Counted from the first letter of the stretch, positions 21,795-32,448 are shown. The stretch is 64,000 nucleotides of DNA from Candidatus Nanoarchaeia archaeon (GCA_028693395.1 JAQUVJ010000001.1:46387-110386), one strand, 5' to 3'. The notes: generated from the letters alone by a model not told the origin. Made by a program: numbers and translations.

Positions 21795-23006
21795 TTAAGC
21801 TAATATTATTTCTACTTTGTTTATTCTATTATGGTTTACATCTTTTATATAGAATTTATATCCATTTAATTCAAAATTTTCATTTTCTTTTGGAAGATAA
21901 CCTATCGAATCCAACAAATAAGAAGAAATTGTTTTAAAATCTTCTCCTTCTATTTTTATATTTGTTTTTTCGCAAATTTCACTAATCTCAACAAGACCAT
22001 TTACAATATATCCTCTTTTAGTCTTAACGATTTCGTTTTCAATAATATCAGTTTCATCATATATCTCTCCAACAATTTCTTCTAACAAATCTTCAATTGT
22101 TACAAGTCCAACAATTGTACCATATTCATCAACAACAAAAGCAATATGAATTTTTTTATTATTCATATCATAAAAAATATCATTTAATTTTCTATTACTT
22201 GGAATAATTATTGGATCTCTCATTATTTTCGCAATTGGTGTATCTTCTTTTTTCCCTATAATATCTTTTACAAAAAGTACTCCTTTCAAATCATCTAAAT
22301 CTGAATCATAAACAGGTATTCTAGAATATCCCATGTTAATTATTTGATCAATTACATCTCCTATATCATTATTTATATCAATAGCAAAAATTTCAGATCT
22401 TGGAACCATTACATTTGATACCTCTATATCATTAAAATTAAATATATTTTTTATCATTTCTTTTTCATCTTTTCTAATCGTTCCTATCTCTTCACCAATA
22501 TTAACAATATTCATTAATTCATCTTCTGTTATTAATGGTTTTTTATTATTATTTGAAACTTTATTAAAAAATTGAGTTATTTTTGAAAAGAAAAATACAA
22601 ATGGCGAAAATATTTTTGATAAAACATTTACAATAGGACTTAATTTTAATGCAATCTTTTCAGCATGAACTGTACAATAAGATTTTGGTGCTATTTCACC
22701 GAAAACTAATATAAAAAAAGTCATTAATCCTGTTGCAATTCCAACACCATAATTTCCAAAATAATCTATAGCAAGACTTGTAGCAACAGCTGACGCACCT
22801 ATATTTACAACATTGTTTCCCAACAATATTAAAATCAATAATTTATTTGGGTCGCTTTTTAATTTTTCCAATAACAAAGCATTTTTAAAGTTTTTTTTTA
22901 CAAGGTATTTTACTCTTAATTTACTTATTGATACAAAAGCCGTTTCCATTCCTGAGAAAAAAGCGGACATTAATACCAGTATCAATAATATAATAATATT
23001 TAGCAT
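21795..23006 (-). CDS. CNNM/HlyC-CorC family (DUF21-CBS-CorC) membrane protein
   Basis: FFSGMETA, ILLGNN, GEIAPK, MVPR, YSRIPV, VVDEYG..GLVTIEDLLEEIVGEI; ATG 23006 follows AGGTG. Confidence 0.9.
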   Translation of the reverse strand: MLNIIILLILVLMSAFFSGMETAFVSISKLRVKYLVKKNFKNALLLEKLKSDPNKLLILILLGNNVVNIGASAVATSLAIDYFGNYGVGIATGLMTFFILVFGEIAPKSYCTVHAEKIALKLSPIVNVLSKIFSPFVFFFSKITQFFNKVSNNNKKPLITEDELMNIVNIGEEIGTIRKDEKEMIKNIFNFNDIEVSNVMVPRSEIFAIDINNDIGDVIDQIINMGYSRIPVYDSDLDDLKGVLFVKDIIGKKEDTPIAKIMRDPIIIPSNRKLNDIFYDMNNKKIHIAFVVDEYGTIVGLVTIEDLLEEIVGEIYDETDIIENEIVKTKRGYIVNGLVEISEICEKTNIKIEGEDFKTISSYLLDSIGYLPKENENFELNGYKFYIKDVNHNRINKVEIILA

Positions 23007-23281
23007 ATTTTTCTGGCACCTTAAATCTGATAAATAAGATATCATATTTAAATATTGCTATCATATTATTAGTTAATACTGTTATTTCAAAAATAAATTA
23101 AAAAATATAAAAATATTAACTTTTAATTCAAATAGTTATAATAAAAATAGAATACAAATATAAAAAATAAAAATAGAATAAATAATTTAAAAAACTAATA
23201 ATTAAAAAATAATGTATCAAGAAACAAAAAATTACAAACAAAAAAATAAAGAAATAAAAAAACAATAAAAAAAATAAAAAA

Positions 23282-25729
23282 TCAATTAAAAAAAACTTTT
23301 AGATAATCTAACAACTTTTTTTTATTTTGTTTTAAATCATCATAATTATCAATTATATTTTTTAAAACTTGATCTTTTACTTGTGGATTTTCTTTAGATT
23401 TCTTTAAATATAAATACATTAAAATTTCTTTTAAATTGTTATTTATTAATTTATCTAAACTTCTGCTATCCATATCTTCATAATCATTACTATGAGCTTC
23501 TAAATATTTTTTGATTTCATTTCCTATAACTTCTTTTGTTACTGATTGATTTAAATCATTTCTTTGTGAAAAATTATTTTCAACTGATTTATTTCTGTCA
23601 TTTTCAAAATTATTAAAAACATTATCATTAAAAATGAAATCATTATTTCTCTCATTGCTTTTCTGATTATTTTTTTCAAATAAAAAATCATTATTAAAAT
23701 TATTTAAATTTCCTTTATTATAATCTTCTCTTTGATTATTTTCAAAACTTTTATTATAATTTTGAGAATTTAATTCATTTAATGTTTTAGAGTAATTTTC
23801 TTCATTAACTAAATTTTCTGAACCAAAATCCATGTTTTTAAAAAAATCATTACTTTCTTTTTTATTATTACTTGATGTTAAATCAAATTCATTATTAAAT
23901 CCATTATTGTTATTTGAAAAATCTACAGAAAAGTTATTTTCTTTTTGTAAATCATTAAAAACAATATTAAATTCATTACTATTCTCATTAGTGTTTTGAT
24001 TTATATTTTGATTTATATTTTGATTTGAATTCTGATTAAAATTTTGATTAAAATTTTGATTAAAAATATCATATTCTCTTTCAATATTTTCTTTTTTTTC
24101 TTGAGTAAAATTATCAAAAGAAAAATTAAAATTATCAAAATTTTCTTTTCTTTCAGTATTTAATTCTTTTTCTTTATCATTGGAATTAAAAAAATCAAAT
24201 TCATTCTTATTTGAATTATTTTCAAAATTTTGATTATTAATATTATCAAAACTAGTTTTTCTTTCTTCAAATTTTTTCATAAATTCTTTTTCAAAATCAC
24301 TAACGTTTGTATCTTCAACTTGTGAATTATTAAAATTGTTTGCATGATTTTCTTGATTTATTTGATTTTCATTTGTAATCATAGAACTTTTAAATTGATT
24401 TTCTTGATTTCCATAATTAATATTTCTATTTTGATTTTCATTTAAATTATTTGTATCAAATATTTCTGCAATTGTTTTTCTTGCTAAATCTTTTATATTT
24501 CCTTCACAACTACCTATGATGTCTTCTAATAAATCAACATTCAAAACATATAACATATTATTTTCAAACAAATAATCTACTAGAAATATTCCATCTAATT
24601 TCCTGTAAATTCTTGAAATTTCTATTAATTCCTTATCATTTAATTTTTGATCATTTTGACTATTCATTTCTACAGATTCTGTATCAAATCTTGAATCAAT
24701 AAAAACAACTTTTTTTTCTTGTCTTCTAATATCTCTATAAACAACTTCCATTAAATTATTATCAACGATATATCTGTCAGAATGTATTTCTTCAAGTAAT
24801 CTATGTTTGTTTTTTAATACATCTCTTATTTCTGAAGATGTAAGATTGTATCCGTAATTTCCAAAGATTATTGAATTATTTATATTAACTAAATAATATT
24901 GCATTGGAGCTACATCTAAATTTTGTAATTTATAAAGTCTTGAATAATGATCACTAAAATTTTTTGTAAAATCTCCATCATTAATCAAATATAAACTATT
25001 ATCATATATCTTCTTAGATGTATTTGTTATAATAAATCCACTCTTATTTGCATTTTTTCTTTCTTGAACAATTATATTATATTTTACTTTTTCAATTAAT
25101 TCTATAAATTTATTTTTAAAGCTTACTTCATCAACTCTTATTTCTTTTTTAAATAAATCAATAAAATCATATTTTCTCATCATATTTACAAAAAACTTCG
25201 TTGTGAAAAATTCTGCAAATGATGCTTTTATATGTAAATATAAACTTTCTAATGAATTAATATCGATATAATTTGCATATCCTAATTCTTTACTAGAACG
25301 ATTATCATTTAAACTTAATTTTAAAGCAACTTCTAAATTATTTGATTTTGAATTTAAAATCTCATCAGTTGTTTTTCTTGAATTCATCGATTCATAAAAA
25401 TATTTTATATCATTCGATGTATCTTCATCAAAATTTGCACTATAAACCATTTTTTGAATAATATTTAATTTATTTTGCAATTCTGCAATCATGTAAGTCT
25501 CTGAATATGAGACATTATATTTTGTTTTCACAATATCATATAAATTTAAATATATTTTTCCTAATAATTTGTTATAAACTAAAAATTCTTTAAAGACTTG
25601 ATCTGAAATAACAAAAGTCTTTGGAACATTAACATTATCATTTTTTAATTTTGCAAGCAAAAAAGCTTTGTTTCCTATTTCTTCCATTGAATACTGTAAT
25701 CCTTCTTCTAACCAAAACATTTTTTTCAT
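23282..25729 (-). CDS. Degenerate PEP-synthase N-terminal (ATP-grasp) domain + Asn/Phe-rich low-complexity region
   Basis: IGNKAFLL..L....NVP.TFVIS, IVQ, SG...T, DRY.V, QKLNDKE; no His-swivel or PEP-binding barrel. Confidence 0.65.
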   Translation of the reverse strand: MKKMFWLEEGLQYSMEEIGNKAFLLAKLKNDNVNVPKTFVISDQVFKEFLVYNKLLGKIYLNLYDIVKTKYNVSYSETYMIAELQNKLNIIQKMVYSANFDEDTSNDIKYFYESMNSRKTTDEILNSKSNNLEVALKLSLNDNRSSKELGYANYIDINSLESLYLHIKASFAEFFTTKFFVNMMRKYDFIDLFKKEIRVDEVSFKNKFIELIEKVKYNIIVQERKNANKSGFIITNTSKKIYDNSLYLINDGDFTKNFSDHYSRLYKLQNLDVAPMQYYLVNINNSIIFGNYGYNLTSSEIRDVLKNKHRLLEEIHSDRYIVDNNLMEVVYRDIRRQEKKVVFIDSRFDTESVEMNSQNDQKLNDKELIEISRIYRKLDGIFLVDYLFENNMLYVLNVDLLEDIIGSCEGNIKDLARKTIAEIFDTNNLNENQNRNINYGNQENQFKSSMITNENQINQENHANNFNNSQVEDTNVSDFEKEFMKKFEERKTSFDNINNQNFENNSNKNEFDFFNSNDKEKELNTERKENFDNFNFSFDNFTQEKKENIEREYDIFNQNFNQNFNQNSNQNINQNINQNTNENSNEFNIVFNDLQKENNFSVDFSNNNNGFNNEFDLTSSNNKKESNDFFKNMDFGSENLVNEENYSKTLNELNSQNYNKSFENNQREDYNKGNLNNFNNDFLFEKNNQKSNERNNDFIFNDNVFNNFENDRNKSVENNFSQRNDLNQSVTKEVIGNEIKKYLEAHSNDYEDMDSRSLDKLINNNLKEILMYLYLKKSKENPQVKDQVLKNIIDNYDDLKQNKKKLLDYLKVFFN
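23990..24065 (-). repeat. 12-bp coding tandem repeat (NQNx)n
   Basis: Encodes NQNF NQNF NQNS NQNI NQNI NQNT. Confidence 0.75.
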
Positions 25730-26264
25730 AAAAACACCTATTTATTCATATATTAACAAACTTATAAATCTTATGTTTTGTTATTTAAAAACAAAACTAT
25801 TTTTTATTATTCTATTATATTTTATTTTTTAAAATTATTTTATTATTAAATAGATAATCACAATAAAAATAATAATAATGATAATAATAGTAATAGTAAT
25901 AATAATAAACATATTTGCTATTTATATTTAATTATTTGTATATTTTAAGTTATAATTTTTTATTGTCTTTTTTATTTTACATATTTTTTTATTATTAATA
26001 TTCTTTTATATTTTGTATTTTTTTTATTTTTATTTTTTTTATTATTATAATTTTTTACTTTAGTATTTATTATTTTTATTTGTTATTTGTAATTATTTTA
26101 TTTATATTTCTTAATTTGTATATTTTTCTTTAATAAAATTGATTATAATTCATTTAATGTTTTTAATTTAAAATATTTGTTAAGATTATTAAATAATTAA
26201 TTAAAAAAATATTTAAAAAAATAATTAAATAAAAAAATAAGTGGAAAATTAAGTGAAAAATTTA

Positions 26265-29063
26265 CTAAAAGAAATTTTTATATTTATCAAAATCAATTAA
26301 CATATTTTTTCTTGTTTTTAAATTACATATTATAAATTTATTAACATCAGGCACAAAATCATTTAATTTTTGATAATCTGTTTCTCTTATCCAAGATCCT
26401 GAATTAATTATATCAATATTATTGTATCTTTCTAATATTGTTTTATGTAAATGTGCTGTATAAAAAATATCAATATCCTCTGGAATAAATAAGTAATCTT
26501 TTTCAGAATTTATGTATGAATATGTTGAACCATATTGCATGGCAAGATGACCTTTATTTAACAAATCTATTAAAAATTCTTTAAATCTTTTTTCTTCATT
26601 TTTAATATTATAATAATAATCTTCTTTTAGATATTTTAAAAAAGAACCTCCATGGTAATAAAATATTTTTATCATGTTTTCTTTGTTATCTTTTATCTCT
26701 ATAAAAGAAGGATTTGTAGTAAATGAAACATTTTCCAAAGAATATAATTTTTTATAATATTTTAATGGAAGTATTGGCTGTGGTTCTTCTAAGATTGATG
26801 TATCATGATTTCCTGGTGCTAAAATTATGTTTAAATCTTTTCTTAATGATTTTAAGATTTCATATAAATAATCAATTTGATTGTAAATATTTTTTATCTC
26901 CAAATCATTTTCTTGCTTTGGATAATTACCAATCCCATCTATTAAATCTCCTCCTAAAAATAAATAATCTATTGATAAACCTAATTTATTTAATTTTTCA
27001 CTTTTCGTTTTTCCATTTAAAAATTTAAAGAAATTTTTTATATCTTCGTAATTTGTATTTTTATTTCCAATATGAAGATCACTTGCAAAAGTTATTAATG
27101 AATTTGTTGTTAATGAATTTAATTTGTTTTTCTCTATTTGATTTATTATTATTTTGTCGATGATAAATAATTTTATGTTTTTATCAAAATGACCACTAAA
27201 TCCGCAAATATCATCTAAAAAGATTTTTCTTACATCAAAATCTTTACTTAAATTATTTGAAATAACTGCTTTTATATTATCTGTTTTATCTTCTAATGTA
27301 TAAACTAAATTACCTTTTTTTGACAAATGAAAATCACTAATCATTGCAACTATACTTACATCACCTAAATCAATTGTTTTTACTCTATTTATTGTATATA
27401 TATTTTTCAAATCTTTATTTTTTGATAATTTTTCATAAAAAACATCATATCTATTTCTAAAATGATCTATAAAATCTCTTGGGGTTAAATCTTTTTTGAA
27501 AGAAAAGTTTATGTTATTTATAGTTAATATATCTGGTTGATTTATTTTATTGTCTTTGTTTATTATTAATTTTTCATATATTGAATTATTAAATAGTTGA
27601 TATCTTTTTTTTATTTTTTCTATAATATTTTCATTAATGTTTCCTTTGAAAATTTCTAAATCATTATTTTTATTTTGATTAATTTTTTGATTTAATTTTT
27701 CATCATCACTAAGAAAATTATTATTATTATTATTATTATCGATATTTTTATTATCAATATTTTTATTATTTATTTTATTATCGTTATTATTGTTGTTATC
27801 ATTATTGTAATTATTTACTTCTTGAAATTTTTCTTTTTTATTTTTTTCATATTCTTCATATTTTTTATTTTCTTCATTTTCTTGATTTTCTTTATTTTGT
27901 TGATTATCTTCATTATTTTCATTATTTTCATTATATATTTTTTTTATATCTTTTTCATTAAAATATTCTTCTAAATCATCAATTGATAAAACAACTTCTT
28001 CATTATTATTATTATTTTTATTTTTATTTTTTTCGTTTCTTTTATTATTTTCAATATTTTCAATATTTTCATTAAAATCACTAAAATCAGAATCAGAATC
28101 AGAATCAGAATTCTCTAAACTTTCTTTTTGTAATTTCTCACTTTTTTTTTGATTTTTTTTGATTTTATTTTCATTAGCTTTTTTATTTGTTTTTATTAAT
28201 TCATCTATAACTTCTTCTATGTTTAAATTTAAATCTAATTTTGAAATAGTTTCTTGCATGAAATCTTTTATTTTTTCTTTATCTAAAGATAATTGTATTT
28301 GAGAATATTTTTCCCAATTTATTGATTTAATAATTATATTATTTGAAGTCCTATCAATTATATAATTTAAAAATGGTAAAAAAACAATGTCATTTTTCAT
28401 TGTTTTGAAAAACTTTTCTTTTTTTTGTTTAAAAGTTATTGTATCTTTGTTTATCTTTATTGTTTTTGCATTTTTATTTTTTTTTGAAAATTTAATAAAG
28501 AAATTAATTAACATATCAAAAAAACATTTGTCATCTATATCATATAAATGTCTAAAGATTTGAATTTCTTTTTTAGGATGCTTAGAAATTGTTTCTTCTA
28601 CTGTTGTTAAATAAAAACTTATTCTTTTTTTAAAATTACTTTTATATTTTACATAAATTTTTTTTTCAAAATCTTTATTTGTTAAACTTTCTTCTACTAA
28701 TTTTTCTATGAATTTATTATAGAATAATGTTAATATAAATGAATCTATATAAAAAAATTCAATATCTTCACTCTCACTTTTTTCTTTGTAATTTTCGATT
28801 AAATTTATTATAATATCTATTAATGTTATTTTTAATAATTTTGATATGAAATCTATTTGATAATAATTTAAAAAATCTTTTTCGTTAATTATTCCTTCAT
28901 TGAAATAAAATTTATGATTTTCTTCATCAAAGTTTTGTTGTAAATAATCCATATCGATTAAATCAATTGATAAACTTTCAATTAATTCTACAAATGAATT
29001 TAAATTACCATACAAATAATTTTTTGAATCTAATTGTTCTTCTAGATATTTTATAATTTCCAT
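26265..29063 (-). CDS. DNA polymerase D small subunit DP1 with long N-terminal extension
   Basis: FRNRY, OB fold (LEDKT), phosphoesterase SDLHIG, GDLIDG, PGNHD, YHG, HLH, NSGSW; directly downstream of cdc6. Confidence 0.9.
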   Translation of the reverse strand: MEIIKYLEEQLDSKNYLYGNLNSFVELIESLSIDLIDMDYLQQNFDEENHKFYFNEGIINEKDFLNYYQIDFISKLLKITLIDIIINLIENYKEKSESEDIEFFYIDSFILTLFYNKFIEKLVEESLTNKDFEKKIYVKYKSNFKKRISFYLTTVEETISKHPKKEIQIFRHLYDIDDKCFFDMLINFFIKFSKKNKNAKTIKINKDTITFKQKKEKFFKTMKNDIVFLPFLNYIIDRTSNNIIIKSINWEKYSQIQLSLDKEKIKDFMQETISKLDLNLNIEEVIDELIKTNKKANENKIKKNQKKSEKLQKESLENSDSDSDSDFSDFNENIENIENNKRNEKNKNKNNNNNEEVVLSIDDLEEYFNEKDIKKIYNENNENNEDNQQNKENQENEENKKYEEYEKNKKEKFQEVNNYNNDNNNNNDNKINNKNIDNKNIDNNNNNNNFLSDDEKLNQKINQNKNNDLEIFKGNINENIIEKIKKRYQLFNNSIYEKLIINKDNKINQPDILTINNINFSFKKDLTPRDFIDHFRNRYDVFYEKLSKNKDLKNIYTINRVKTIDLGDVSIVAMISDFHLSKKGNLVYTLEDKTDNIKAVISNNLSKDFDVRKIFLDDICGFSGHFDKNIKLFIIDKIIINQIEKNKLNSLTTNSLITFASDLHIGNKNTNYEDIKNFFKFLNGKTKSEKLNKLGLSIDYLFLGGDLIDGIGNYPKQENDLEIKNIYNQIDYLYEILKSLRKDLNIILAPGNHDTSILEEPQPILPLKYYKKLYSLENVSFTTNPSFIEIKDNKENMIKIFYYHGGSFLKYLKEDYYYNIKNEEKRFKEFLIDLLNKGHLAMQYGSTYSYINSEKDYLFIPEDIDIFYTAHLHKTILERYNNIDIINSGSWIRETDYQKLNDFVPDVNKFIICNLKTRKNMLIDFDKYKNFF

Positions 29064-29301
29064 TTTAAACGTTTTTTTATTTTATTGTGATTTTTTGTAA
29101 TTTTTTGTGATTTAAAACTTTATTGTTTTTTAACATATATGGATTAATAATATATTTATAATTAAAATTTTTAAAACTTGATTATTATAAACTATTTTAA
29201 AATTTGATTATTAAATTTATTATAAAAAATTATTATAAAAGTTAATTACAAATATTAATTACAAATATTTTAATTTACAAATATAAATAAAAATTGAGAT
29301 T

Positions 29302-30513
29302 TTAATTTTTAATTGATTCATCTATAAATTCTTTAATTTTTAAAAGATAATTATCTGCAAAATTTATTGAAATTTCTGTTGTTCTTCCATATCTTCCTTT
29401 TGAAATTACTTTTTGATTTATTAAACCTAAAGTGTCAAGTTCAGATATTATGTCAGAAATTCTTCTTTGAGTTAATGGTCTTATAGAAAAAATCTTTACG
29501 ATGTCAGTATAAGTTCCATAGATTTGACCAGTTTGTTGTTTTTCTTGTTTTTTTTCCATTTTGTTTTTTATTATTGCATAAATTACTGCTTGTTGTTGTT
29601 TTGGTTGTGCTTTTATTGCCTCAAAAACATTATCTTTATCTATTTTATCTCTTGCCTCATCTAAATCTTCAATTGTTACTTTATCTTTTTTACTTCTTTG
29701 GGCAATTTCTCCTGCAATTCTAAGTAATTCAATAGCTCTTCTAACATCTCCATGTTCTCTTGCTGCAAATGCTGCACATTTTGCTACAACACCTGGTGGC
29801 ACACTATCTTCAACAAACCCTTTATCAACTCTGTCTTTTAATATTGTTTTTATTTGAACTGCGTTATATGGGTCAAATAAAACTTCTTCTTCTGAAAGTG
29901 AACTTTTTACTCTTGCATCTAAAAGACTTGTAAATGTTAAGTCATTTGCAATTCCTATTAAAGTTATTTGAGCTTTTTTTAATTCTGAATTTATTCTTGT
30001 TAAATTGTATAATAATTCATCTCCTATTTTTTTTACTAATTGATCTATTTCATCAAGAATTATAATATAAATACACTCTTTTTTATCAATTAATTTATAG
30101 AAAATATCATAGATTTTGTCGGTAGGAAGTCCTGTTGTTGGGACCTGTTCTCCTAAATGTTCAATCAAAGATGCAAGCAAACGATATTCAGTATCTGCAA
30201 CTTTTTTTAATTTACAATTAATATATATCACTTTTAAAGATAGTTTTTCTTCTTGAGCAATTTCCACTAACTGTTCTGTTGTATGTTTTACTGTTAATGT
30301 TTTTCCCGTTCCTGTTTTTCCATAAATAAAGATGTTTGATGGTTTATCCATATTTAATGCAGGTGATAAAATATCAGCAATTGTATTAATCTCCTCTTCT
30401 CTATGAAAAACTTCCTCTGGAAAATAATTTGATTGTAGAACTTTTTTATTTGAAAAAATATTTGTTTCATTTAAATGAGATTTAAATATATTTTTCTTAA
30501 TAATTTCTTTCAT
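29302..30513 (-). CDS. cdc6: Cdc6/Orc1 replication initiator
   Basis: HREEE, YGKTGTGKT, YINC, LDEID, LDARVKSSL, HGDVRRA, wHTH SKGRYGRT. Confidence 0.97.
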   Translation of the reverse strand: MKEIIKKNIFKSHLNETNIFSNKKVLQSNYFPEEVFHREEEINTIADILSPALNMDKPSNIFIYGKTGTGKTLTVKHTTEQLVEIAQEEKLSLKVIYINCKLKKVADTEYRLLASLIEHLGEQVPTTGLPTDKIYDIFYKLIDKKECIYIIILDEIDQLVKKIGDELLYNLTRINSELKKAQITLIGIANDLTFTSLLDARVKSSLSEEEVLFDPYNAVQIKTILKDRVDKGFVEDSVPPGVVAKCAAFAAREHGDVRRAIELLRIAGEIAQRSKKDKVTIEDLDEARDKIDKDNVFEAIKAQPKQQQAVIYAIIKNKMEKKQEKQQTGQIYGTYTDIVKIFSIRPLTQRRISDIISELDTLGLINQKVISKGRYGRTTEISINFADNYLLKIKEFIDESIKN

Positions 30514-30632
30514 AAAAATAAGAATTGAATTATGTTATTTAAAGATTTGTTTATTGAAAAAATGGTATGATTTTCTTTTGTAAATTAGTATATATTTGTT
30601 GTATATTTTTATTAATGTTATTTTTTATTTTA

Positions 30633-30711
30633 TTTTTATTATGTTTTTATTATGTTTTTATTATGTTTTTATTATGTTTTTTATTATGTTTTTATTATGT
30701 TTTTTATTATG
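30633..30711. repeat. 7 tandem copies of T5-6ATTATG upstream of cdc6
   Basis: Counted directly: five 11-bp and two 12-bp units. Confidence 0.85.
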
Positions 30712-30827
30712 TTTATTTTGTTGTTTTCTTTATTATTTCATTATTTTATTATTAAAATTCACTAAATTAAACCTTATTAATTTTTAAAAAGATAAAAATT
30801 TATAAAAAAAAGATATTTCAAAAACTT

Positions 30828-32234
30828 ATGAACATAAAAGAAATCAAATTAGAATTGTTAGATACAATTTATTCTAACCTAGATGAAAAAAAAAATAAAT
30901 CTATAAATAGTTTTATTAAATCATTAAATAATATAATTCTAGAAAATAATCTTCCTATTTTTCTAAAAGTGGGAGGTAGTTATGCAAAACAAACATTTCT
31001 GGGAAATGATTTTGATGTTGATGTATTTCTTAGAGTTAAAAATGATGAAAAAAAAAATGAATCTTTTGATGATATAATTACAAAATTCATTGAAATATTA
31101 AAATTAAAATATCTAAAAATAAATAAGATTCATGGATCAAGAGATTATTATCAGTTTGTAAAAGATGATGTAAAATACGAATTGGTTCCTAATAAATACA
31201 TTGATGATTTATCACAGGCAACAAATACTACTGATTATAGTCCTTTTCATGTTGATTTTTTAAAAAAAGAAATGCTAAAAAACAAAAAATTAAATGATGA
31301 AATAAGAATTACAAAAATGTTTTTAAAAGCTTGCAATTGCTATGGAGCAGAATCATATATTAATTCTTTTTCTGGACATAGTCTTGATATTTTAGTTGCA
31401 TATTTTAAAAATTTTGAAAATACATTAGAATTTCTTTCTAAAATCAATATTAGTAAAAAATATTTAATTGATATTAGTGATTTTTATAAAAACGATTTTA
31501 CTAAAAATATTGATTTCTCAATTTCAAAAGAAGATTATGAAAAGATAAAAAAACAATTTGATAATAAGATTAATTCTTCTTTAATTATTATAGATCCTAT
31601 TGATAAAAATAGAATTGCATCATCAGCATTAAATAATTACAGGATTTTAAAAATAAAATATTATTCTAAATTATTTTTAGAAACTCCAAGTTCATTTTTT
31701 TTTGAAAGAAACATTAAATTCAAGAAAAAAAGTAATAATATAATTTTAAAATATGAAAAAAATAATGAAAACATGGATATTTGTGGAGCAAATGTTTTAT
31801 CAATAAAAAGAAAATTATCTAATTTTCTAAAGGAAAACGATTTTGAAGTTTTAGATAATTTTGATTTCACAAATTTTAGATTTTTTAAAAGAGTAAATAA
31901 AAGAAAAATTGATGAATTTAATTCTAAACATGAAGATGTTTTTTTTGATGGTAATCATTTTTATTTGAAAATTATTTTAAAAAAAAATAAAATTTCAAAA
32001 TACAAAATAATAAAAGGTCCTATTTTTGAAATGGAAGAAAACACAAAAGAAGAAATAAAAAATTCAATAGAATCCTTTAAAAACTCACATAAAAATACAT
32101 TCATTAAAAATGAAGAAAATAAATATTATATTTTTGCTAAGGAAAAAAGAGAGAAAAGAAAATTAAGATTTTTCATAGAAGATTTCTTTGAAAAAAGAAA
32201 GGATATTGAAAAATACGTAAATAGAGTTAAATAG
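30828..32234 (+). CDS. cca: Archaeal class I CCA-adding enzyme
   Basis: GGSYAKQTFL..DFDVDVF, HGSRDY, ELVP, TDYSPFH, YGAESYI..FSG, IIDP.D..R. Confidence 0.92.
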   Translation: MNIKEIKLELLDTIYSNLDEKKNKSINSFIKSLNNIILENNLPIFLKVGGSYAKQTFLGNDFDVDVFLRVKNDEKKNESFDDIITKFIEILKLKYLKINKIHGSRDYYQFVKDDVKYELVPNKYIDDLSQATNTTDYSPFHVDFLKKEMLKNKKLNDEIRITKMFLKACNCYGAESYINSFSGHSLDILVAYFKNFENTLEFLSKINISKKYLIDISDFYKNDFTKNIDFSISKEDYEKIKKQFDNKINSSLIIIDPIDKNRIASSALNNYRILKIKYYSKLFLETPSSFFFERNIKFKKKSNNIILKYEKNNENMDICGANVLSIKRKLSNFLKENDFEVLDNFDFTNFRFFKRVNKRKIDEFNSKHEDVFFDGNHFYLKIILKKNKISKYKIIKGPIFEMEENTKEEIKNSIESFKNSHKNTFIKNEENKYYIFAKEKREKRKLRFFIEDFFEKRKDIEKYVNRVK

Positions 32235-32291
32235 AAAATGAAAAGATAAATAGAATTAAAATTTTAATAATAAATAAAATTTTTAGTAATA

Positions 32292-32299
32292 TTTATAAA
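32292..32299 (+). promoter_or_regulatory. TATA box of the tRNA-Ile/tRNA-Glu unit
   Basis: TTTATAAA 35 nt upstream of the mature tRNA-Ile 5' end. Confidence 0.6.
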
Positions 32300-32334
32300 C
32301 CCCCTGTTTATCTAACATTCATTGAAACTCAAAT

Positions 32335-32439
32335 GGGCCTGTAGCTTAGCCTGGTTGGAGCGCTGGTCTTATATGGCTACGTTTTAAACATAGGTTCTAA
32401 GAGAACCAGTGGTCCTGAGTTCAAATCTCAGCAGGCCCA
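32335..32439 (+). tRNA. tRNA-Ile(TAT) with 30-nt intron (32374-32403) at 37/38
   Basis: GGGCCTG/CAGGCCC acceptor stem, discriminator A; CTGGT-CT TAT A|intron|A-ACCAG; BHB with CTTA/TAAG helix and two 3-nt bulges. Confidence 0.9.
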
Positions 32440-32448
32440 GATTTTTAT

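Noticed and set aside
26265..30513. Inteins in DP1 or Cdc6 (also GyrA, TopA)
   Set aside because: No C...HN splice motifs or LAGLIDADG; Cdc6 and GyrA are normal length, and the extra DP1 sequence is N-terminal
30633..30711. Tandem repeats as a possible CRISPR array (also 44820-44910)
   Set aside because: Units are 12 bp or shorter with no unique spacers, and there are no cas genes
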